A DNA stretch of 64,000 nt from Myxococcota bacterium (GCA_965223415.1 OZ245002.1:704001-768000), one strand, 5' to 3'. Counted from the stretch's first letter, positions 1-9,111 are shown. A program made the numbers and translations. The notes: generated by a model from the letters alone, not told the origin.

Positions 1-1708
1 GGCGATCGAACTCGGCGGCCTCCATCGGCTTGCCGAAGTAGTAGCCCTGCATCTCGCGGCAGCCGAAATGATGGAGCATCTCGGCCTGCTCGAGGGTCTC
101 CACCCCCTCGGCGGTGACGTCGATGCCCTTCGTCGCCGCTAGGTGCAGGGTCGAGAGGATGATGGCCCCGGCGGTCTCGTCCTCGCCTCCCGAGGCCACG
201 AAGGTCTGGTCAATCTTCACGCGCTGGAGCGGCGTCCGCCAGAAGACGGCCAGGGAGGAGTAGCCTGTGCCGAAATCATCGAGAGCGATCCTGACGCCGA
301 GGGCCGCGATGCCGCGCAGCGTGTCCTGGACCTCGCGCGCACCGGAGAGGACGCTCGACTCGGTGATCTCCAGCTCCAGCAGATGAGGCGGCACCGAGAA
401 GCGCTCGAGGTGCGCGGCGACCTGCCGAACCATCAGCGGATCGGCGAGCTGCTGGGGCGAGACGTTCACCGCCGCGTGGAGCTCCCGGCCCTGGCTCACC
501 CAGCGTCCGAGGTAAGCGCAGGCCTCCCCCAGGACACGCTCGCCGATCTGCGTCATCAGGCCGGCCCGTTCGGCGACCGGGATGAAGGTTCCCGGTGCCA
601 GGAGACCCCGCTCCGGGTGCTGCCAGCGAACCAGGGCCTCGGTGCCGACGAGGGCGCCGCTCACCACGTCGACCTGGGGCTGGAGGTAGACGCACAGCTC
701 GCCCCGCTCGAGGGCCCGGTGTAGGCCCCGGATCGTCCCGTACTCGCTGCGTGCGTCGCGGGAGAGCTCGGAGCGGAAGCGACAGTAGCGGTTCTTCCCG
801 AGAGCCTTGGCCTGGTACATGGCTGCGTCGGCGTTGCCGAGGAGCTCACGCACCGAGTGGCCGTCGTCGGGAGCCAGGGCGACGCCGAGGCTGGGAGTGA
901 TCCACTCCTGCCGGTCATCCAGCACGAGCGGCTTGGCGAACTCCCGGAGCACGTTCTCGGCGAACACCTGAACGCCATCGTGGGAAGTATCGAGCAGGAC
1001 GAGCAGGAACTCGTCCCCGCCGAGCCGGACCACGCTGTCGGTCCGGCGCACCAGGCCTTCGAGCCGACGCGCCACCTCGACGAGGACCGCGTCGCCGAAG
1101 ACGTGGCCCTGGGAGTCGTTGATCTGCTTGAAGCCATCCAGGTCGAGGAACACGACGGCGGTTCGCTGGTCTCCATGCCGGGCACGGGCCAGGATTCGGG
1201 GGAGGTGTTCCGCCAGCCACTGGCGGTTCGCGAGTCCCGTGACCGGATCGTGGAAGGCGAGGTAACGGTCCTTCTGGCGCGCGGCGCTGGCCTCGCTCCA
1301 CAGGGCATGGAGCTCCTTGGCGTGGAGAAGGGCGTCGCGAAGGGTCTCCTCGGTGAGCAGGTCGCGGGCAATGACCCGCTGGATTCCGGATTGGATCGCC
1401 GCCGCGACCACCCCCGGATCGTAGGCGGGCGAGATCGCGACGACCGGAAGCTGGCCCAGCACCGGAACCGCTCGCTCGATGGCCTCCCGGCCCTCGCCTT
1501 CGGGCAGCTGAAGGCTCAGCACCATCGCGTCGAAGCTCTCCTCGGCGATCCGGGCGAAGGCCGATTCGAGACTGGGCGAAAACTCGATGTCGAACTCGGA
1601 GGGATCGACCATGGCCATGATCCGGGCCAGGGAGCCGCCGGTCTCGTCTGCCTGGGTGGCAACGAGGATGCGCTGCGCGCGCTCCGCTCCCGGCGGGGTC
1701 ACCGACAT
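1..1708 (-). CDS. Pseudo-receiver-GGDEF-EAL diguanylate cyclase/phosphodiesterase (3' end runs off the window)
   Basis: Hand translation from ATG 1708 (absent from the ORF track because no stop lies in the window): HDPVTGLANR, FLDLDGFKQINDSQGH, RRTDSVVRLGGDEF, TEALVRW, ELEITES, DDFGTGYSSL, AEGVET, QGYYFGKP. Confidence 0.93.
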   Translation of the reverse strand, partial: MSVTPPGAERAQRILVATQADETGGSLARIMAMVDPSEFDIEFSPSLESAFARIAEESFDAMVLSLQLPEGEGREAIERAVPVLGQLPVVAISPAYDPGVVAAAIQSGIQRVIARDLLTEETLRDALLHAKELHALWSEASAARQKDRYLAFHDPVTGLANRQWLAEHLPRILARARHGDQRTAVVFLDLDGFKQINDSQGHVFGDAVLVEVARRLEGLVRRTDSVVRLGGDEFLLVLLDTSHDGVQVFAENVLREFAKPLVLDDRQEWITPSLGVALAPDDGHSVRELLGNADAAMYQAKALGKNRYCRFRSELSRDARSEYGTIRGLHRALERGELCVYLQPQVDVVSGALVGTEALVRWQHPERGLLAPGTFIPVAERAGLMTQIGERVLGEACAYLGRWVSQGRELHAAVNVSPQQLADPLMVRQVAAHLERFSVPPHLLELEITESSVLSGAREVQDTLRGIAALGVRIALDDFGTGYSSLAVFWRTPLQRVKIDQTFVASGGEDETAGAIILSTLHLAATKGIDVTAEGVETLEQAEMLHHFGCREMQGYYFGKPMEAAEFDR

Positions 1709-1770
1709 GCCGCCTGAGATCGGCCGATTCCGTCCGGGGCTGAAGCCCTCCCCTCGGGTGGAACCGGGCG

Positions 1771-3327
1771 TCACACCCGCGTGTCGCGCCCCTCCCAGAA
1801 GGGCTCGCGCAGGACGCGCTTCAGGATCTTGCCCGAGCCGGTGCGCGGCAGCTCGTCCATGAAGGAGATGGAGCGGGGCAGCTTGTAGCCGGCCAGATGC
1901 TCGCGGGCGAAGGCGATGATCGCCTCCTCGTCGAGCTTCGAGCCGGGTTGAAACACCACCACCGCGTGCACGCTCTCACCCCACTCCTCACTGGGGATGC
2001 CGAAGACCGCGGCGTCGAAGATCTCCGGGTGCGCCTCGAGGGCGGCCTCGATCTCCGCGGGGTAGATGTTCATGCCGCCGGAAATGATCATGTCCTTCTT
2101 GCGATCACAGATGTAATAGAAGCCCTCTTCGTCGAAGTAGGCGACGTCGCCGACGGTGTGGTAGTCGCCCCGCCTGTCGTCCTCGTACTTGTCGTGGGCC
2201 TTGTGGTAGGTGGTGAGCACGCTCCTGCTTCGCACGTAGAGCTCACCGGGGACGCCCGGCTCGTCCACCGCGTTGCCGTCGTCGTCGAACAGTCGCAGCT
2301 CGACGTTCGGCGCCGGCTTGCCGCAGGAGCCGGGCTTCCGGAGCTGGTCGTCCGGGTGCATGATCGTGTCCACGCCCAGCTCCGTCGATCCGTACACCTC
2401 CCACAACGAGCTCGGCGGAAAGTCGCGCACGTAGGCCTGCTTGAGGGCGAAGGACCAAGGCGCCGCGTTCGCGATCATGATGCGCATGCTCGAGCGGTCG
2501 TAGCGGGCCTTCACCTCGTCCGGCAGGTTGCACACCCGGCGGATGGGCGTGGGTGCCGAGAAGGTGCTGCTCACCTTCCACGCGTCCACGAGCCGCAGCC
2601 AGTCCTCCGGATCGAACTTGCGCTGGAGCACGACCGTCTGCCCGTAGGCGTAGGCGAGGCCCATGAAGCCGCCGGGTCCCGAGTGATAGAGGGGACCGGT
2701 CGAGAGGTAGACGTCGTCGGGCGAGTAGCCGATGTACCCGGTCATCGCCTGCACCTGCTCCGGATCGCCCGCGCCGGTGCGCACTGCGCCCTTGGGATGA
2801 CCGGTGGTGCCCGAGGTGTAGATCATGCTCTGGGCGAGGGCTTCCGGCTTGGGCGGCTCCGTGTCCGCCGCCGAAGCCAGGAGCTCCGCCGCGTCGAGCT
2901 GCCCCGGGTGCGGGACGCCGTCGAAGACAGCGACGTGCTTCAGCTGGGGACAATCCGGCGCGATGGCCTCGAACAGCCCGGCGTGCTCCCCGTCGACCCA
3001 GGCGAACACCGCGTCGCAGTTGTCGACGACGTAGGCTGCCTCCTCCGGCGAGAAGCGGTAGTTCAGCGGCACGGCGGTGGCGGCGATCTTGCGCGCGGCA
3101 TGGATCATGGTGACCACGTCCGGCGAGTTGGGCCCGCACCAGACGACACGCTGGCGCGGGGCCACCTCGAGCTCTGCCATGGCGTGGGCCAGGCGATTCA
3201 CGCGGGCGTTCAGCTCCGCGTAGCTCCAGCAGAGAACGGCGGCGCCGGGGCGGTCGTCGATCACCGCCGGCTTGTCCGGATGGGCCCCGGCGTGGACGGC
3301 CAGGATGTCGGGAGCGGGCTCGGGCAT
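1771..3327 (-). CDS. Acyl-CoA synthetase / long-chain fatty-acid-CoA ligase (ANL adenylating family)
   Basis: YTSGTTGHPKG AMP-binding motif, YGSTE, GDVAYFDEEG, DRKKDMIISGGMNIYPAEIE, PRTGSGKI. Confidence 0.93.
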   Translation of the reverse strand: MPEPAPDILAVHAGAHPDKPAVIDDRPGAAVLCWSYAELNARVNRLAHAMAELEVAPRQRVVWCGPNSPDVVTMIHAARKIAATAVPLNYRFSPEEAAYVVDNCDAVFAWVDGEHAGLFEAIAPDCPQLKHVAVFDGVPHPGQLDAAELLASAADTEPPKPEALAQSMIYTSGTTGHPKGAVRTGAGDPEQVQAMTGYIGYSPDDVYLSTGPLYHSGPGGFMGLAYAYGQTVVLQRKFDPEDWLRLVDAWKVSSTFSAPTPIRRVCNLPDEVKARYDRSSMRIMIANAAPWSFALKQAYVRDFPPSSLWEVYGSTELGVDTIMHPDDQLRKPGSCGKPAPNVELRLFDDDGNAVDEPGVPGELYVRSRSVLTTYHKAHDKYEDDRRGDYHTVGDVAYFDEEGFYYICDRKKDMIISGGMNIYPAEIEAALEAHPEIFDAAVFGIPSEEWGESVHAVVVFQPGSKLDEEAIIAFAREHLAGYKLPRSISFMDELPRTGSGKILKRVLREPFWEGRDTRV

Positions 3328-4655
3328 CCGCCCAGGCTACCGCGTGGCGTCCTGCCCCGGGCCGATGCCCCGAAACAGCAGCTCCACCGCGGTCTGCACC
3401 GCGGCCCGGCAGCCGTCGGCGTCGAGCAGACCGTTCGCCCAGGCGATGCGGGCGCCGCTGGTGGCGTGGGCGATGGTGCGAGCGGCCGCCAGGACGTCGA
3501 CCCCCCGCCCCAGCTCGCCCCGGGTGCGACCCTGCTGGAGGATCTCGGCCAGCAGGCCGACGGTCCGATCCTGGAGAGCGAGCACCTGGCGCGCGACCCG
3601 AGCCTCCGGGTGGGTCGTCGCCCGAAGGGCGATGGTCGTGAAGTCCGGATCCCGGGCCAGGAGCCGATGTTCCGCGTCGAGGAAGCTGCCGAGGCGTTCC
3701 GGCGTAGGTTTTTCGCTACGCCCTTCCCGAACCCGGAAGCGATGCCAGGCCTGCTCCTGCAGCTCCTGGAGCTCGTCGACGAGCAGCTCTTCCTTGCTGC
3801 GGATGTGGCGGTAGAGAGAGCTGGCTCCCATCCCGGCCCGCGCGGCGATGGCCCGGAGGGTGGTGGCGTCGAAGCCGCGCTCGCGGAAGAGCGCCCGGGC
3901 GGCCTCGCGGATACGGGCCCGGCTGCGACGTCCGCGCAGGAGCCGGCCGTCGTCGGGCCGGAGCGCTCGCGCCTGGGTACCGGGCGCGGTGAACGGTGCC
4001 TGTCCCCCCACCATGCGAACAGCTTCGCAGATTCTCCGACGGCAGCACGCCCTCCGGCGGTGGCCGGCGGGCGCTCCATCAGATGGACCGGAACGCCATG
4101 CAGGGACAGCTCCCCGCGACGCTCGAAGCCAGCGCTCCCGTAGAAGGGCACGCAGCGCTCGCGGTCGGTCTCGAGCCAGGCCCAGGCGCCCTGGGCGTCC
4201 ACCTCCGCGAGCCAGGCGGCGAGGAGCGCACGACCCGCGCCCTGCCCCTGGTGCGCGGGCGCCACGCCCAGGGTGGCGAGGTAGGCGTGCCCCCCGATCG
4301 GATGGCTCGCCGCGAGGGCCTCGGACACCTCCGCCCAGCGCGAGGCGACCCGGAAGCCCTGGCGGAACGCCAGGTGGAGCCGCGCACCCAAGGGAGGAGA
4401 CGGCAAGGGCCAGGCCAGAGGTGGCACCGACACCAGCACGCCGACCAACCGGCCCGCTCTCCAGGCGCCGCGCACCTCGCCATGGCGGTGGGCGATGGGC
4501 AGGTGCACCCGCATGCCGAGCTCGTTCGAGCGAAGGCGCCTCGCGGCGGGCTCGCCGATCACCGCCCGGTTGAGCGGGTTGTCGCGAAAGGCGCGGGCGA
4601 GCACGCGGGCCGCCGCCGGCAGCTCCCCGGCGGGCAGCTCGGCGACCCGCAGCAG
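3261..4655 (-). CDS. GNAT family N-acetyltransferase (domain ~4060-4655; probable CTG start; ORF runs on out of frame across the TetR gene)
   Basis: AARVLARAFRDNP N-terminus, YLATLGVAPAHQGQGAG acetyl-CoA motif A, AWLET...FYGSAGF; AGGAGG at 4661-4666 precedes CTG codons at 4655/4652. Confidence 0.8.
   Translation of the reverse strand: MLRVAELPAGELPAAARVLARAFRDNPLNRAVIGEPAARRLRSNELGMRVHLPIAHRHGEVRGAWRAGRLVGVLVSVPPLAWPLPSPPLGARLHLAFRQGFRVASRWAEVSEALAASHPIGGHAYLATLGVAPAHQGQGAGRALLAAWLAEVDAQGAWAWLETDRERCVPFYGSAGFERRGELSLHGVPVHLMERPPATAGGRAAVGESAKLFAWWGDRHRSPRPVPRRERSGPTTAGSCADVAAGPVSARPPGRSSASAASTPPPSGPSPRGPGWEPALSTATSAARKSCSSTSSRSCRSRPGIASGFGKGVAKNLRRNASAASSTRNIGSWPGIRTSRPSPFGRRPTRRLGSRARCSLSRIGPSACWPRSSSRVAPGASWGGGSTSWRPLAPSPTPPAAPASPGRTVCSTPTAAGPRCRPRWSCCFGASARGRTPRGSLGGCPSPLPTSWPSTPGPIRTSRR
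3337..4014 (-). CDS. TetR/AcrR family transcriptional regulator
   Basis: C-terminal part of track ORF 3337..7035; HTH segment ARALFRERGFDATTLRAIAARAGMGASSLYRHIRSKEELL; ATG at 4014 (start approximate). Confidence 0.88.
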   Translation of the reverse strand: MVGGQAPFTAPGTQARALRPDDGRLLRGRRSRARIREAARALFRERGFDATTLRAIAARAGMGASSLYRHIRSKEELLVDELQELQEQAWHRFRVREGRSEKPTPERLGSFLDAEHRLLARDPDFTTIALRATTHPEARVARQVLALQDRTVGLLAEILQQGRTRGELGRGVDVLAAARTIAHATSGARIAWANGLLDADGCRAAVQTAVELLFRGIGPGQDATR

Positions 4656-5960
4656 CTAGGCCTCCTGGCCCGCGCGCAGATCCTCTTCCAGGCTGCGCGC
4701 CGCCAGCAGGAAATGGACGAGGCCCCACACGCCCATCACGACGCCCACCGAGGCCATCGAATAGCGGATCGCCAGCTCGCCGTGGCTCGCGAAGACCGTG
4801 TCGTTCAGCAGGCCCACGGCCTGGGGACCGAGGGCGAGGCCGATCATGTTGATGATGAAGAGCAGGATCGCCGACGCCACCGAGCGCATGCGCAGGGGCG
4901 ACATGGTCTGCACGACGGAGAAGACCGGCCCCTGGTACATGGCGCCGAGCAGCAGGCCGGGGAAGAGCACGACGAGGCCCAGGGTAGGGTCGGCGTGGAA
5001 GTAGAAGAAGAGCATGAACGGCAGGGGGCCCAGGGCGGCGAGGGAGGGCACCCAGAGGTACCAGCGCACGTCCCGCCGACCGAGGCGATCCGCGACGACC
5101 CCCGCCAACACCGAGCCGATGGCGCCGGAGATGCCGATCGCCATGCCCAGGCTCGTGCCCGCCTCGGAGCCGCTCATGTCGTGCACGCGGCGCAGGAAGG
5201 TGGGCCCCCAGGTGGCGAAGGCGTAGCCGGCGAAGGCGGTGAGGCCGGTGGCGAAGGCCAGGTGCCGGAAGGAGCGCCGCGCCCACAGGAAGCGCAGCAC
5301 CTCGCCGGCGGACGGCACCTCGCTGGCTTCGTCGCTGGCGGTGGCCCGCTGCTCGGTGCCGCCGCGGGTCGGCTCGCGCACGGTGAAGCGCACGACCAGC
5401 GCCAGCACCAGGCCGGGCAGGCCGACCACGAAGAAGGCCTGACGCCAGCCGAAGGCTTCCTCCAGCATGCCGCCCACCGTGAGCCCGAAGAGAATCCCCA
5501 CGTGAATGCCCATCGAGTAGATGCCGAGGGCGGTCGCGCGGCGCTCGGGCGGAAAGTAGTCCGCGAGGAGGGAGTGGGCCGGGGGCGAGAGCGCGGCCTC
5601 GCCGACGCCGACGCCCACCCGTGCGATCGCCATCTGGGTGAAGTTGCGCGCCAGGCCCGAGGCGGCCGTGAAGCCGCTCCACACCGCGAGACCGAGCGCG
5701 ATGATCGTGCGACGCACCCAGCCATCGGCCCAGCGCGCGATCGGGATGCCGGCGGTGGCGTAGAAGAGCGCGAAGGCCGTTCCGGTGAGGAAGCCCATCG
5801 CCGTGTCCGAGACCTGCAGCTCCTCCTTGATCGGTTCGAGCAGGATGGCCAGGATCTGGCGGTCGATGAAGTTGACGACGTAGGCGAGGAAGAGGACCCC
5901 GAGGACGTAGTTCGCGTAGCCCGGGCTGAACTCCGGGGCGTTGCCGCGGGCCTCGCTCAC
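4656..5960 (-). CDS. Spinster-like MFS transporter
   Basis: YVVNFIDRQILAILLEPIKEEL, ARVGVGVGEA, SLLADYFPPERRATA; about 12 hydrophobic segments. Confidence 0.92.
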   Translation of the reverse strand: MSEARGNAPEFSPGYANYVLGVLFLAYVVNFIDRQILAILLEPIKEELQVSDTAMGFLTGTAFALFYATAGIPIARWADGWVRRTIIALGLAVWSGFTAASGLARNFTQMAIARVGVGVGEAALSPPAHSLLADYFPPERRATALGIYSMGIHVGILFGLTVGGMLEEAFGWRQAFFVVGLPGLVLALVVRFTVREPTRGGTEQRATASDEASEVPSAGEVLRFLWARRSFRHLAFATGLTAFAGYAFATWGPTFLRRVHDMSGSEAGTSLGMAIGISGAIGSVLAGVVADRLGRRDVRWYLWVPSLAALGPLPFMLFFYFHADPTLGLVVLFPGLLLGAMYQGPVFSVVQTMSPLRMRSVASAILLFIINMIGLALGPQAVGLLNDTVFASHGELAIRYSMASVGVVMGVWGLVHFLLAARSLEEDLRAGQEA

Positions 5961-5963
5961 GCG

Positions 5964-6929
5964 CTAGAGCCCGAGGTTCCTGCGGATGCGCGCCTGCGGC
6001 TCCTCGGTATTGGCCTCGAAGGCGGAGCCGGTCACGGCCTCGTAGGCCTCGATGTAGCGGGCGGCTGCTTCGCAGCGCACCTCCACCGGGATGTCCGGGA
6101 TCGGCCCCTCGCCCCGGTAGCCCCGCTCCTCCACCAGCCAGCGGCGCACGTACTCCTTGTCGAAGGACTTGGGGTCGCTGCCGTCCCGAAGCGCCGCCTC
6201 GTAGCTGTCCGCGTACCAGTAGCGGGACGAGTCGGGCGTGTGGATCTCGTCGGCGACCACCAGCTCGCCGTGCTCGTCGAGGCCGAGCTCGTACTTGGTA
6301 TCGACGAGGATCATGCCCTGCTGCGCCGCCCACTCCTGGCCGGCACGGAAGAGCCGATGTCCGAGGGCGGCGGCCCGGTCGTAGAGCTCTTCGCCGACGA
6401 CGCCCCGTCGCAGGACCTCTTCGCGGGAGGTCAGCTCGTCGTGCTCGCCCTGCTCGGCCTTGGTCGTGGGCGTGAGCAGCGGCTCTTGCAGCCGTTCGTG
6501 CTTGTGCATCCCGTCCGGCAGGCGGTGGCCACAGTAGTCGCGCACACCCTTCTCGTAGGCGGTCCAGATCGAGGTCGAGGACACGCCCGTCAGGTAGCCC
6601 CGGTAGACCCACTCCACCGGCAGGATCTCGACCTCCTTCACGACGGACACGTTGGGGTCCGGCACCGAGATCAGGTGGTTCGGCGCCAGGCTCCGGGTCT
6701 TGTCGAACCAGAAGGCGGCGGCCTGGTTCAGCACCTGACCCTTCAGCGGGATGGTGCCCACCACGACGTCGAAGCAGCTGACGCGATCGGAGACGACGAT
6801 GGTGCGCTGCTTCTCGCCGACGTAGCTGTCGCGCACCTTGCCCTCGATCCGGCGCCCGAGCTGGGGCAGATCGGTGCGTTCGAGGGTGCGATCGGCGAGC
6901 TCGCGGAGCAGGCTGGCGTCGACGGACAC
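5964..6929 (-). CDS. purC: SAICAR synthase (long ADE1-like type)
   Basis: GKVRDSY, SDRVSCFD, KGQVLNQ, TPTTKAE, LVDTKYELG, DEIHTPDSSRYW, SFDKEYVRRWL; GTG 6929 with GGAGG SD. Confidence 0.95.
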   Translation of the reverse strand: MSVDASLLRELADRTLERTDLPQLGRRIEGKVRDSYVGEKQRTIVVSDRVSCFDVVVGTIPLKGQVLNQAAAFWFDKTRSLAPNHLISVPDPNVSVVKEVEILPVEWVYRGYLTGVSSTSIWTAYEKGVRDYCGHRLPDGMHKHERLQEPLLTPTTKAEQGEHDELTSREEVLRRGVVGEELYDRAAALGHRLFRAGQEWAAQQGMILVDTKYELGLDEHGELVVADEIHTPDSSRYWYADSYEAALRDGSDPKSFDKEYVRRWLVEERGYRGEGPIPDIPVEVRCEAAARYIEAYEAVTGSAFEANTEEPQARIRRNLGL

Positions 6930-7066
6930 GGGACCTCCATGGATCTTCGGGTTGGAGGCGCCTTGATACCGTCCCAGTGGAGTCGCCGCCAAGGCCCGCG
7001 GAGCCGGGCGATCGAACGCGGTTTGGCGCGCTCAAGCCCGGCGCCGGTTCGACCGTTGCAACGGAG

Positions 7067-8470
7067 GTGGATCACCCCCACACCGACGACGCCACCACCC
7101 AGGAAGGCCCCGATGTCCCGGCCGAGCGCGAGCCCTCTGGCGTTGCTGCGACGCCGGGTTACGACACGGAGCTGCGTGCCCGCTTCCGGTACAAGCTGTT
7201 CCGCAAGCTCGGTCGCGGCGCCTTCGGCTCGGTGTTCCTGGCGCGCTGCCTCGACCGGGACCCGCGCCGGGACGACTGCCCGCCGGAATCGGTGGCCCTC
7301 AAGATCCTGGGCTCCCGACGCGGCAAGGCCTCGGAGCTGCTGAAGCGGGAGCTCTCGGCCATGCTCGCCCTCGAGCACGACCGCATCCCGAGGGTCTACG
7401 ACTGGACCCTCGACGGCGACACCGCCTTCGTCGTCATGGAGCACTTCCCTTCCGGATCCCTGCGCGACGTGATGCCGCTCCAGGGCGCCGTGGAGGAGGA
7501 GGCGATCTGGAGGTTGCTGGCGGATCTGCTCTCGGCCCTGGACGTCGCCCATCGCGCCTCGCTGCTGCACCTGGACATCAAGCCCGCCAACGTGCTGCTC
7601 GACGGCAACGGCGGCTACGTGCTCACCGACTTCGGCGTGTCCCAGGCGTCGCGCATCGAGCGCGGACTCCTGCCCTTCAGCGTGGGAAGTCGCGGCTACC
7701 AGGCGCCGGAGCAGCGGGAGGAGCGCTTCGACCAGTACGACCTGCGCACCGATCTGTGGGGCATCGGCGCGACCGCATGGGCCATGGCCACGGGCATCAA
7801 CCTGGCGGAGCGCCACGAGCTGGTGCGGGCCGACGACGGCAACGCCATCTACGGCCTTCCCGCCCTCTCCGAGTTCCGGATCAACCTCTCCCCGGAGCTG
7901 GAAGAGGTGATCATGAGCCTCCTCCATCTGGATCCGGGAGTGCGGCCGGGCAGCGTGGCGGAGGTGCTGGCACGAGTGCAGGCCAAGGGCAGCGGCGCGG
8001 ACTGGGGCGCCGACACCCTCGCCGCCGCCCACCGCTCGAACGTCTCCGACGCCGACATGGAGGAGCTGATCGACAGCCTGGTCGATCCGCTCCTCATCTC
8101 GATCTGCCAGCGCCGCGGCTTCCGCGGCTACTTCGTGAAGTTCGAGGACGGCGAGCTGATGTGCGGCGAGGGCGAGAAGTCCTACTACGCGCTGCTGCTC
8201 CTGAAGGGCACCGTCGTGGTGAGCCGCAACGGCAAGGAGCTCACCCGCGTGTCGCGGGAGGGGAGCTTCCTCGGCGAGGTCGCCACCCTGGCCTCGATGC
8301 CGCGCACGGCGACCATGGAGGCCTCGGGCACGGTGTGGGCGTGCGTGCTGAACGCCGCCGAGCTCGAACGCTTCCTCACCTGCAACCCGGCCATGGCGCT
8401 GCGGGTGATCCGGTACATGGCCTACCGGCTGTCGAAGATCCCGCCGATCGACGAGAAGCGCGGCGACTGA
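7067..8470 (+). CDS. Hanks-type Ser/Thr kinase with C-terminal cyclic-nucleotide-binding domain
   Basis: LGRGAFGSV, VALK, HLDIKPAN, TDFG, GYQAPE; C-terminal FLGEVATLASMPRTATMEA phosphate-binding cassette; start uncertain (6977 or 7067). Confidence 0.9.
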   Translation: MDHPHTDDATTQEGPDVPAEREPSGVAATPGYDTELRARFRYKLFRKLGRGAFGSVFLARCLDRDPRRDDCPPESVALKILGSRRGKASELLKRELSAMLALEHDRIPRVYDWTLDGDTAFVVMEHFPSGSLRDVMPLQGAVEEEAIWRLLADLLSALDVAHRASLLHLDIKPANVLLDGNGGYVLTDFGVSQASRIERGLLPFSVGSRGYQAPEQREERFDQYDLRTDLWGIGATAWAMATGINLAERHELVRADDGNAIYGLPALSEFRINLSPELEEVIMSLLHLDPGVRPGSVAEVLARVQAKGSGADWGADTLAAAHRSNVSDADMEELIDSLVDPLLISICQRRGFRGYFVKFEDGELMCGEGEKSYYALLLLKGTVVVSRNGKELTRVSREGSFLGEVATLASMPRTATMEASGTVWACVLNAAELERFLTCNPAMALRVIRYMAYRLSKIPPIDEKRGD

Positions 8471-9111
8471 GACAAGGGGACGTTCCTGACTGTCTCACTC
8501 CTCGCTGCACATTCGTCGGACGACTCGGAAGTGAGACAGTCAGGAACGTCCCCTTGTCTCACGGCGCGCACGACGTAGCGGAGCGGGCCACCGGGGACGA
8601 CGGCGTCGAACGGGTAGCAGGTGATCAGGGTGAGCACGGCGCGGCCCACCGGCTCCATGGGCGCCGAGTCGCTCTCGTGAGCGACGTCGGCGTAGGCGAC
8701 GCGGTAGGCGCTCCGTTCGCCGGAGCGCGCTTCGAGCCACAGGAGGTCTCCGAGCGCCAGGTGCTGCAGGAACGCGAAGTGGGTGTCGCGATGGCCGGCG
8801 ATCACGACGTTGCCCGCATTCCCCGGTGAAGCGCTGCCGCTCCAGTGGCCCGGGCCGAAGGCGAGGCTGCGACCGTGGGCACCGGCGAGGACCAGACGCT
8901 CGACGCCGAGGCGCGGGGCGGTAAGCCGGGCCACGGGATCCGTGTCCGCCCACGGCCATGGGGCGACCGGCACCCCCCGCGCCTGGCTGTGCGCCCAAGC
9001 CCGGGCGAGCATGAGCTGGGCCAGCTCGGCCTTGGCGGGGATCCAGGCCGCCCGGGCGAGGCCGAGCGTACCCGCCGCGAGCAGGAGGAGGGCCGTTCCG
9101 CGCCTCCTCAC
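8422..9111 (-). CDS. Class GN (proteobacterial dedicated) sortase
   Basis: WIPAKAELAQ, PWPWADT, SLAFGPGH, VIAGHRDTHF, LTLITCYPF, LRYVVRA; GTG start overlaps stop of upstream target gene (GTGA). Confidence 0.92.
   Translation of the reverse strand: MRRRGTALLLLAAGTLGLARAAWIPAKAELAQLMLARAWAHSQARGVPVAPWPWADTDPVARLTAPRLGVERLVLAGAHGRSLAFGPGHWSGSASPGNAGNVVIAGHRDTHFAFLQHLALGDLLWLEARSGERSAYRVAYADVAHESDSAPMEPVGRAVLTLITCYPFDAVVPGGPLRYVVRAVRQGDVPDCLTSESSDECAARSETVRNVPLSQSPRFSSIGGIFDSR
8468..8561. repeat. REPIN/MITE-like palindromic element, copy A1
   Basis: 31-bp perfect inverted arms TGAGACAAGGGGACGTTCCTGACTGTCTCAC / GTGAGACAGTCAGGAACGTCCCCTTGTCTCA around a 32-nt spacer; near-identical copy at 13545. 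Confidence 0.9.

Noticed and set aside
4656..4658. Pyrrolysine or recoded amber stop joining MFS and GNAT
   Set aside because: TAG is the normal stop for many genes here, no pyl genes are present, and an SD plus CTG explains the layout more simply
3996..7343. Very long alternative ORFs (e.g. 3996..7343 +, 24854..28045 -, 25666..29721 +, 45898..48981 -, 46188..48806 +, upstream part of 3337..7035 -)
   Set aside because: Antisense or off-frame shadows of clearly identifiable genes; Arg/Pro/Gly-rich with no motifs, as expected from stop-codon scarcity at high GC
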